This document shows positions 7,815-14,134 of a stretch of DNA of 14,134 nt, in pieces. The stretch's first letter is position 1. Each line of letters starts with the position of its first letter. Under the pieces are notes generated by a model. The model was not told where the DNA came from. It saw only the letters and a program-made list of their open reading frames with translations, and made no database searches. Source of the stretch: Fidelibacterota bacterium. Lineage in GTDB: Bacteria > Fidelibacterota > Marinisomatia > Marinisomatales > TCS56. The position numbers and the translations under genes are program-made. The stretch is from positions 1 to 14,134 of the forward strand of contig JBDRBK010000119.1 of the NCBI GenBank assembly GCA_043822705.1. Direction: 5' to 3'.

Positions 7815-8744
7815 ATGCCTATGACAACGACTGACACATCTTACCTGCCCGGCGGCGTTTTCGCCGCCGCCCTGACACCGCTGCTTGCGGACCTGTCGGT
7901 CGATACGGAAAAATATATCGATCACTGCCGGCGGCTGCTAACCAGCGGTTGCGATGGTCTGGCCGTGATGGGAACCACCGGCGAGGCCAACTCCTTTACT
8001 GTCGCCGAACGGATGGCGGCCTTGGAAGCACTGGTCGCCGCCGGAATTCCGCCGCGGCGCCTGCTGGTGGGTACCGGCGTCTGTGCCTTCCCGGATACGG
8101 TGACCCTGACCCGTCATGCCCTGTCATTAGAGGTGGGCGGTGTATTGCTGCTGCCGCCATTCTACTATAAAAATGTCAGCGACGACGGCGTCTTTGCTGC
8201 CCTGGCGGCCGTGATCGACCGGGTCGACGAGCCCCGTTTGCAGGTATATCTCTACCATTTTCCGCAGTTGAGCGCCGTACCATTCGGACCGGAGCTGGTC
8301 GGGCGGTTGCTCAAGGCATTTCCCGGCCAACTGGCTGGTATGAAAGACTCCGGTGGTGACTGGGAGCATATGCTTACCATTCAGACCAATTTTCCGGACT
8401 TGCGGGTCTTTGCCGGCACCGAACGCTTCCTGAACGCTATTCTGGGAATCGGTGGCGCCGGCTGTATCTCAGCCACCACCAATATCGGCGCCCGACTGGC
8501 GGCACAGGTGTATGCCAATCCCGGTCAGGACGCGGTGGCGATCCAGGCACGACTGATTAAACTACGCAACACAGTTGAACGCTATCCCATGATCCCGGCC
8601 CTGAAACAGATCATGTTTCAGCGGACCAGCGCTGCCGGTTGGCTCAATCTGCGGCCGCCCCATGTTCCGCTACTGGCGGAGCGGGCCAGGCAATTGATCG
8701 TTGATTTGGATGGTATTGGTTTCCCGGAGGGATACGGTGACTGA
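7815..8744 (+). CDS. Dihydrodipicolinate synthase/N-acetylneuraminate lyase family aldolase (probably not canonical DapA)
   Basis: GTTGEA, LLLPPFYYK, YLYHFP (catalytic Tyr) and GMKDS (Schiff-base Lys). Start uncertain (7797, 7815 or 7821). Confidence 0.85.
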   Translation: MPMTTTDTSYLPGGVFAAALTPLLADLSVDTEKYIDHCRRLLTSGCDGLAVMGTTGEANSFTVAERMAALEALVAAGIPPRRLLVGTGVCAFPDTVTLTRHALSLEVGGVLLLPPFYYKNVSDDGVFAALAAVIDRVDEPRLQVYLYHFPQLSAVPFGPELVGRLLKAFPGQLAGMKDSGGDWEHMLTIQTNFPDLRVFAGTERFLNAILGIGGAGCISATTNIGARLAAQVYANPGQDAVAIQARLIKLRNTVERYPMIPALKQIMFQRTSAAGWLNLRPPHVPLLAERARQLIVDLDGIGFPEGYGD

Positions 8745-9921
8745 ACTTAGCGGCGATAGCTACCTGACACATCTGGAATGCTCGGCCTGCGGCCGGCAAT
8801 TGGCGGCCGACCGGCTGTATAATCTTTGCCCCGATTGTCAGAAACCACTGCTGGCGCGTTATGATCTGGCCGCTGTCCAGCAGGTGGTTACACCGGCACT
8901 GATCGCCGGTCGTCAGTCTAACCTTTGGCGCTATCGGGAAGTTTTGCCGGTCCGGCGACCGGAATTCAGCTTCTCGCTGGGCGAGGGCTGGACGCCCCTG
9001 ATCCGAGCCGATCGCCTCGGGCAGGAACTGAACTTTGACTACCTGTTACTCAAGGATGAGGGAAGCAATCCGACCGGGTCGTTCAAGGCCCGGGGAATGG
9101 CCGTGGCGGTAGGCCGGGCCTGTGAATTAGGGGCGACCGCTTTCTCGGTACCGTCAGCCGGCAACGCCGCCGGCGCCCTCTGCGCCTATGCCGCTCTGGC
9201 GGGAATACCGGCCCACGTGTTTCTACCGGCTGACGTGCCGGCGCCGTTTGTGACCGAATGCCGGGTATTGGGCGCTGCGCTGCGATTGGTGGATGGGTTG
9301 ATCAGCGATGCCGGCCGGATCGCGGCGGCGGAACTGGAGCGGTTCGGGCGCTTCGATATGTCGACCCTGCGAGAGCCCTACCGTCTGGAGGGGAAGAAGA
9401 CCATGGGCTACGAAATCGCCGAACAACTGAACTGGCGCCTGCCTGATGTAATCATTTATCCCACAGGCGGCGGCACAGGATTGATCGGAATGTGGAAAGC
9501 ATTCGCCGAAATGGAGGAATTAGGTTGGATCGACAGCCGGCGGCCGCGAATGGTCTGTGTGCAGTCCGCCGGGTGCGCGCCGATAGTGAAAGCCTTCCAC
9601 GCTGGTCGTAATCAGGCCGATTTTTGGCCGAACGCCCGGACGATCGCCGACGGATTGCGGGTTCCGGGTGCGCTGGGGGATTTCCTGATCCTGCGAGCGC
9701 TGCGGGACAGCGCCGGTACGGCCGTTGCCGTTAGCGATGAAGAAATCCTGGCGGCGGTGAAACTGATCGGGCGGACACAGGGACTGTTTGTCAGCCCCGA
9801 GGCGGCGGCCCCGCTGGCGGCCTTCCGGAGTTTACAGCGGCAGGGCTGGGTCCGGTCAGGCGAATCGGTGGTCCTTTTCATCACCGGCAATGGACTGAAA
9901 TATACGCACCTGTGGTCGTAG
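8737..9921 (+). CDS. thrC: Threonine synthase-like PLP enzyme (fold type II) with N-terminal zinc ribbon
   Basis: CSAC...CPDC ribbon, LWRYRE, SLGEGWTPL, KDEGSNPTGSFKARG (PLP Lys), PSAGNA, EGKKT, YPTGGGTG and ITGNGLKY. GTG8737 follows GGAGG (8726-8730) and overlaps the upstream gene by 8 nt. Confidence 0.8.
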   Translation: MTELSGDSYLTHLECSACGRQLAADRLYNLCPDCQKPLLARYDLAAVQQVVTPALIAGRQSNLWRYREVLPVRRPEFSFSLGEGWTPLIRADRLGQELNFDYLLLKDEGSNPTGSFKARGMAVAVGRACELGATAFSVPSAGNAAGALCAYAALAGIPAHVFLPADVPAPFVTECRVLGAALRLVDGLISDAGRIAAAELERFGRFDMSTLREPYRLEGKKTMGYEIAEQLNWRLPDVIIYPTGGGTGLIGMWKAFAEMEELGWIDSRRPRMVCVQSAGCAPIVKAFHAGRNQADFWPNARTIADGLRVPGALGDFLILRALRDSAGTAVAVSDEEILAAVKLIGRTQGLFVSPEAAAPLAAFRSLQRQGWVRSGESVVLFITGNGLKYTHLWS

Positions 9922-9932
9922 CCGGATCGTGG

Positions 9933-9967
9933 CCGGTGCTGATTCGACCGACGGTCATCGGCGCCGG
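9933..9967 (+). terminator. GC-rich stem-loop after thrC (terminator or 3' stabiliser; no adjacent U-tract)
   Basis: CCGGTGCTGAT(9933-9943)/ATCGGCGCCGG(9957-9967) with two G-U pairs, plus inner GACC/GGTC. Confidence 0.4.
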
Positions 9968-10014
9968 GCCAGTTCACAGCTAAAATAATTTTGAATAAGG
10001 TTAAATAATCTTGG

Positions 10015-10043
10015 TTGGTTACATTGTTTTATTTTACTAAGTT
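10015..10043 (+). promoter_or_regulatory. Putative sigma70-type promoter of the RRM gene leader
   Basis: TTGGTT(10015-10020)-17 nt-TAAGTT(10038-10043), with AT-rich sequence upstream. Confidence 0.45.
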
Positions 10044-10260
10044 CGTTCCGGTAGAATCGAATATACCACAGATTAAAGAAAACACTTTATATGGCAATAT
10101 TAGCGATTGAAAGTGTCTTTAGTAGCGCTCTTGTATAAGTAGTGTTACGGTGGTGGTATGTTATGACTACGGAATGAGCCGAAGGTCGGCTTAATACTGT
10201 CGGGAAATTACGTGTTGGTTTCCAGGCAGCTAAATCTCGATCAACACATGCAATTAGAGA
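10044..10260 (+). ncRNA. Candidate structured 5' leader (cis-regulatory RNA) of the RRM protein gene
   Basis: Five hand-folded helices covering most of the region, with about ten G-U pairs valid only on the + strand (see findings). No Rfam family recognised from memory. Confidence 0.55.
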
Positions 10261-10265
10261 ACGAT

Positions 10266-10535
10266 ATGAATATTTATGTTGGTAATCTGTCCTACGGCCT
10301 GTCAGAAGATGACATCAGAAATGTTTTTGCAAAACATGGTGAAGTATCTTCTGTAAATCTGATCACGGATCGGGCCACCGGACGGCTCAAGGGTTTCGGC
10401 TTTGTCGAAATGCCGAACAACGCGGAAGCAGAAGCTGCGATCAAAGCTTTGAACGAAACCGATCTGAATGGTCGGAATATCAAAGTTAATCAAGCTAAAC
10501 CCCGGGAAGAACGTCCCCGCCGCCCCAGATATTAA
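10266..10535 (+). CDS. Single-RRM RNA-binding protein (RbpA-like), 89 aa
   Basis: MNIYVGNL (RNP2), KGFGFVEM (RNP1) and LNGRNIKVNQAKPRE, with a short Arg/Pro tail. ATG10266 is the canonical family start. Confidence 0.95.
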   Translation: MNIYVGNLSYGLSEDDIRNVFAKHGEVSSVNLITDRATGRLKGFGFVEMPNNAEAEAAIKALNETDLNGRNIKVNQAKPREERPRRPRY

Positions 10536-10551
10536 CTCCTGTTAATATGCC

Positions 10552-10614
10552 TGCCGGAGGTGAGCAGCGTCGATCGCATGATCGACAGGCTGCTTGCCTC
10601 CGGTAATTATTTTT
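10552..10614 (+). terminator. Rho-independent terminator of the RRM gene, unusually long stem
   Basis: TGCCGGAGGTGAGCAGC-GTCGATC / GCAT loop / GATCGAC-(AG bulge)-GCTGCTTGCCTCCGGTA (24 bp, 3 G-U pairs), followed by ATTATTTTT; lies between convergent genes. Confidence 0.75.
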
Positions 10615-10625
10615 GGCGATAAAAT

Positions 10626-11408
10626 TTAATTAATTTTTCTTGCCAGTACCGCCGCCCCCAGCGCACCGACGATTTGGGGCTCGCTGTGTATTTGCAAGTC
10701 TAATCCCAATCGCTGCTCGAGTAGTTTAACGACGCCGCGATTGCGGGCGACGCCGCCGGTCATGGCTACCTGGCCATGGATGCCGACGGTCTGCACCTGG
10801 CTCCAGACCCGATTCACGATCGCCACATGCAATCCACGGACGATTTCCGCACGCGGGTGATTGCGAGCGACCAGCGACACCACTTCGCTCTCGGCAAACA
10901 CCGTGCAGGTGCTGCTGATGGTCACCGCTTTTTCCGCCTGCAGGGCCATGTCGCCCAGCTGATCCAGGTCCACTTCCAGACGCTGCGCCATCACTTCCAG
11001 AAACCGCCCGGTGCCGGCCGCACATTTGTCGTTCATGGCGAAATCCACTAATTGTCCGTCCGCCGCCAGGTGGATGACTTTGGCATCCTGGCCGCCGATA
11101 TCGATCACCGTCCGGACCGCGGGAAACAGGTGGCGGGCACCGACGGCATGACAGGTAATCTCGGTCATTTGTTTAGCGGCTCCGGCCACCGCCGCCCGGC
11201 CATAGCCGGTAGCCACCAGCCGCTGCAGATCAGTCCGTTCCAGGTTGGCCTGCTGCAACGCCGCTTCCAGTCCGGCCGCGGCCGCCGCGCTGCTATTGAT
11301 GCCGGTAGCCCGGATACTGTAAGCGACCAAGTTCGCATTTTCATCGATGATCACCGCTTCGGTGCTGAGGGAACCGACATCGATTCCGGCGAAATATTCC
11401 CGGGCCAT
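10626..11408 (-). CDS. 2-hydroxyacyl-CoA dehydratase activase (HgdC/HadI-like ASKHA [4Fe-4S] ATPase)
   Basis: GIDVGS, ATGYGR, EITCHA, DIGGQD, MNDKCAAGTGRFLE, ISSTCTVFAESE and TGGVA motifs. ATG11408 with GGGAG RBS, 1 bp after the upstream stop. Confidence 0.92.
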   Translation of the reverse strand: MAREYFAGIDVGSLSTEAVIIDENANLVAYSIRATGINSSAAAAAGLEAALQQANLERTDLQRLVATGYGRAAVAGAAKQMTEITCHAVGARHLFPAVRTVIDIGGQDAKVIHLAADGQLVDFAMNDKCAAGTGRFLEVMAQRLEVDLDQLGDMALQAEKAVTISSTCTVFAESEVVSLVARNHPRAEIVRGLHVAIVNRVWSQVQTVGIHGQVAMTGGVARNRGVVKLLEQRLGLDLQIHSEPQIVGALGAAVLARKIN

Positions 11409-11409
11409 T

Positions 11410-12723
11410 TCAGACTCCCATGGTTTCGAAAAAAGCTTCCAGACGGGTACGGGTCTGTTCCTCGGAATACGACCGGGCGTCGGTGATATCGCCGTCAATG
11501 ACCACCGCCGGTATACCAAGCCGCTCCCGTAATTTTCGTTTAATATCGTACTGACCGACCGAATATGGTTTGCAACTGCGGGCGGAATGAATCACCAGTC
11601 CGTCGACCTGATATTCCCCGATCAGCCGTTCCATCAGCTTCAGGCGGTAATCCAGGTTGTTGTTGAGGATCACCAGGCTGTAGGTTTTGGCCATTGATTC
11701 GAAGGGGTTGTTCATATCCATGTAAGGCGTCGTTTCGGCCCAGGCGTTGGTGTAGGTGGCGGTAACGAAATTCATCCCGCGCTCGGCGAACAGGTGCGAA
11801 TGGTCCCGGACCTTGTACCAGATGGCGATATTGTCCCACATCAGCCGTTTGCGTTCGTCGGCCACCGCCCCGATTCCCTGCCGGACCCGCTCCTGCAGCT
11901 CAGCCAACAGCACCTGGTAGTAATCATAACTGACCGGCAGTCCCCGCAGCGATACGATCGGTGCCAGGTGAAAAAATGTTTCGAAGATCGTCATCGGCGC
12001 CGGGCGGTTTTTCATGGTCGCCAGAATTTCACCCCAAGTCAGCGATGTTTCCCGGGCCCGGCCGATGATTTCCCGGAAGGCGGCTTCATCGAATTTCCGG
12101 CCGGAACTTCGCTCCAGTACCGGAATCATCTCTTGCAACTGGTCAGTCATGTATTTTATATCGACCTGATCAATGGTGGTGTAATTATAGGGCGTATCGA
12201 ACAACACCAGGGGAATATTATAATGATGTGCAATCGCCTTGAACCAGTAGACGATCGTCTGGCAGATATTGTTAGAGGCGAACAACAGGTCCGGTTTGGG
12301 CAGGCGGCCGGCCGGGGTCCGGCCGGACAGGGTATGTGCCAGGTCGATCCGGGCATAGGAACAGAGATCGTTGCTGTAGCCGGCGTTTTCGGCGATGGTG
12401 CAGAAGTCCGCCCCCTGTTTCTTGGCGCCGACCAGGGCGCCATGATTTTCGGGATATATCGTGTAGAAGCCGAAACTCCGCAGCAGCTCCACCGGGGCGC
12501 CGCTGGTAACCCAGGCCACCGGCCGGGCACCGGGGGCGAAGCGGGCCAGGTAGTAGTGGCGGGTCATGATTTCCTTCAGGCGGGCTGTGCAGCGCAGGGG
12601 CGGACCGAACAACGGGTCCGGCTGGTAGGGATGGCGGCGCTTGGTCAATTCCCGCAGGCGCAACAGGGCCGGACCGCCCAGGTCCTTCATGACATGATAA
12701 CGAATCCGGCCAGCCAGTGACAT
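11410..12723 (-). CDS. 2-hydroxyacyl-CoA dehydratase component D, alpha-type subunit (HgdA/FldB/BcrB family)
   Basis: WVTSGAPVE, YPENHGA, DLCSYAR, SNNICQ, HSARSCK (three Cys ligands) and C-terminal TRLEAFFE. Confidence 0.88.
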   Translation of the reverse strand: MSLAGRIRYHVMKDLGGPALLRLRELTKRRHPYQPDPLFGPPLRCTARLKEIMTRHYYLARFAPGARPVAWVTSGAPVELLRSFGFYTIYPENHGALVGAKKQGADFCTIAENAGYSNDLCSYARIDLAHTLSGRTPAGRLPKPDLLFASNNICQTIVYWFKAIAHHYNIPLVLFDTPYNYTTIDQVDIKYMTDQLQEMIPVLERSSGRKFDEAAFREIIGRARETSLTWGEILATMKNRPAPMTIFETFFHLAPIVSLRGLPVSYDYYQVLLAELQERVRQGIGAVADERKRLMWDNIAIWYKVRDHSHLFAERGMNFVTATYTNAWAETTPYMDMNNPFESMAKTYSLVILNNNLDYRLKLMERLIGEYQVDGLVIHSARSCKPYSVGQYDIKRKLRERLGIPAVVIDGDITDARSYSEEQTRTRLEAFFETMGV

Positions 12724-12724
12724 A

Positions 12725-13828
12725 TCAGTTCCCGATCATTTCCAGGAAAGCTTCGATCCGTGTCTGTAACTGACCGCTGAGCCCCTGGTTGATTTCAGTC
12801 TCGATTACCAGCGTCGGAATTCCGGCCTGGCGCAGACCTTCCCGCAACTGCGGCAGATCGAACAATTCCGGTTCGCAGAATTTGGTGCTGTTGAAGATTA
12901 CGCCGGCCGCCTGCGCGCCATGCACCAGGCTGGTCAGATGGGCCAGCCGATCCGCCAGCGGCGAGTCCTTGGTGGAGCAGGGCGGCTGGGAAAAATAGGC
13001 GGCGCAGAGGGCATCCAGCGGGTCCGTGGTTGCAGCCACCGGTACTGTCAATCGCCGGCCGCAGTTCAGCAGATCGTCGTCGGCAACCCGGACGCCGTGT
13101 TCGTCCAGCAGACTTAATATTTCCGGCGGATTGGCTAATATACCAGATAGAATAACTGGAATTGTGGTGGCCGGTTCGACATGGATTGCAGTGGTCAGCC
13201 GTTCCAGTTGCGGGATCAAATCGTCGGGATGCAGATATTCGCCGAGCCGGACGATCCGGTAAAACTCGCGGTTGGAAATGGCCGTCAATCCCTGCCGGCG
13301 TTGCTGATAGGCCTGCGTAATCAGTTGATTGATCCGGCGGCCGTAATTCAGGGCTTGGCGCCACTGCTCCGGGGTGGCCGGACCGAATTCCGCTGCCAGA
13401 CTGGATAGCAGTCGTCCCAGTTCGGCCCGGTAAAAATTCCGGCTTGCCGTCCGGCCGGGTAGCTTGGGATGATACAGAGAAAAGGTCGGTTTGCGATCGG
13501 GCAGGCAGTCTGCCACGATCGAGGCCAGATTCTGCAGCGAGTCACAAGTGTGCGGGAAACAATAGCCGTCCAGCAGGTCGGTCTGTCCCTGCAGGATCAG
13601 TTCCAACCCATGGTGCACGATTGAACAGACGTAAGGTTGCAGATGGGCGTTGGCGGCGCTGACCGGCAGGGGTGGATCCCAGATTTCCACTGGCAGAATA
13701 TTGTGACCCCAGAATATTTCCCGCGGGTAATGGGCTGGGAAAATACCGACCAACCGCCGGCCGCGGTTTTTCTGCTCCGTCAGGTACTGACGGCGAGCGG
13801 GTGGTGCTGTGGCGGGGAACTTGTCCAT
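12725..13828 (-). CDS. 2-hydroxyacyl-CoA dehydratase component D, beta-type subunit (HgdB/FldC/BcrC family)
   Basis: HYPREI, QPYVCS, FPHTCD, KFCEPE and GQLQTRIEAFLE motifs; 1-bp spacing to the next gene. Confidence 0.88.
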   Translation of the reverse strand: MDKFPATAPPARRQYLTEQKNRGRRLVGIFPAHYPREIFWGHNILPVEIWDPPLPVSAANAHLQPYVCSIVHHGLELILQGQTDLLDGYCFPHTCDSLQNLASIVADCLPDRKPTFSLYHPKLPGRTASRNFYRAELGRLLSSLAAEFGPATPEQWRQALNYGRRINQLITQAYQQRRQGLTAISNREFYRIVRLGEYLHPDDLIPQLERLTTAIHVEPATTIPVILSGILANPPEILSLLDEHGVRVADDDLLNCGRRLTVPVAATTDPLDALCAAYFSQPPCSTKDSPLADRLAHLTSLVHGAQAAGVIFNSTKFCEPELFDLPQLREGLRQAGIPTLVIETEINQGLSGQLQTRIEAFLEMIGN

Positions 13829-13903
13829 CAGTCGGTGGTTCGTAGGGAAACGGTTGTTATCGGGGGAAATATGATCAACGATTGTAACCTGTAATTAGCG
13901 GCA

Positions 13904-13932
13904 AATGTAGCCGTGCCGGAGACGGCAAGCAA
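13904..13932 (-). promoter_or_regulatory. Putative sigma70-type promoter of the dehydratase operon
   Basis: Minus strand TTGCTT(13932-13927)-17 nt-TACATT(13909-13904). Confidence 0.45.
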
Positions 13933-13971
13933 GATGCAGATTATAGGCCAAAGCGGGAAGGCCGTACCCGA

Positions 13972-14133
13972 TCAGTCCTTGATCAGTCCCCGAACCGTTT
14001 CCACAAAACCTTCATGATCGGTGACCGGTTTGGTGACGTAAGCCTCGGCGCCGGCCTCCTTGAGATAGCGTTCCTTGTCACCGGCCATGGCGTGGGCGGT
14101 TGTCAGAATGACCGGGATAGTGGCCGATTCCGG
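13972..14133 (-). CDS. C-terminal part of a response regulator receiver domain (CheY/DivK-like), truncated by the window edge
   Basis: Manual translation gives PESATIPVILTTAHAMAGDKERYLKEAGAEAYVTKPVTDHEGFVETVRGLIKD*, containing the beta4 T-A and the 'G A x x Y x x K P' receiver motif. It is absent from the ORF track. Confidence 0.88.
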   Translation of the reverse strand, partial: PESATIPVILTTAHAMAGDKERYLKEAGAEAYVTKPVTDHEGFVETVRGLIKD

Positions 14134-14134
14134 C

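Noticed and set aside
10044..10260. Known riboswitch, tRNA, 6S, SRP or CRISPR identity for the structured region
   Set aside because: I could not find TPP, SAM, cobalamin, c-di-GMP, T-box or tRNA consensus motifs, or spaced direct repeats, by eye; an Rfam scan is needed to be definitive.
10212..10265. N-terminal extension of the RRM protein from GTG10212
   Set aside because: Family members start at MNIYVGNL, and the extension coincides with the structured leader.
9975..10535. Low-GC stretch as a horizontally acquired island or mobile element
   Set aside because: Explained by promoter and leader DNA plus a small, probably highly expressed gene; no transposase, integrase or terminal repeats.
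11794..12720. 308-aa ORF on the + strand antisense to the dehydratase alpha subunit
   Set aside because: Shadow ORF typical of GC-rich coding DNA, with no recognisable motifs and fully inside a well-supported gene. The other short overlapping ORFs in the track were rejected for the same reason.
13828..13974. The response regulator frame appears to stay open for ~47 codons after its TGA, suggesting readthrough or selenocysteine
   Set aside because: The receiver domain ends naturally at the TGA after helix 5, the extension looks non-protein-like and spans a predicted promoter, and TGA is used as a normal stop throughout the window.

Overview
This is a GC-rich bacterial chromosomal window of mostly housekeeping and metabolic genes. 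The Fe-S dehydratase system suggests an anaerobic or facultative organism; taxonomy cannot be fixed from the sequence. From left to right on the + strand are rlmN, a purine nucleoside phosphorylase and an M20D amidohydrolase, preceded by the N-terminus of a divergent, probably M42-peptidase gene. A minus-strand run follows: ArsP/SO_0444-type metal permease with a C-terminal HMA domain, PhzF-family protein, NTF2/DUF4440 lipoprotein, small beta-carbonic-anhydrase-like protein and a secreted YD-repeat-like protein with a sigma54-like promoter. Next come a coupled DHDPS-family aldolase and threonine-synthase-like pair, and a single-RRM RNA-binding protein. The window ends with a minus-strand 2-hydroxyacyl-CoA dehydratase (two subunits plus activase) and the C-terminus of a CheY/DivK-like response regulator. 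No rRNA, tRNA, CRISPR or mobile element was seen. The most notable signal is non-coding: a ~215-nt region 5' of the RRM gene that folds by hand into a multi-helix RNA. Its many G-U pairs work only on the + strand, and it has a possible pseudoknot or alternative pairing next to the ribosome-binding site, making it a candidate cis-regulatory RNA (thermosensor or autoregulatory leader).
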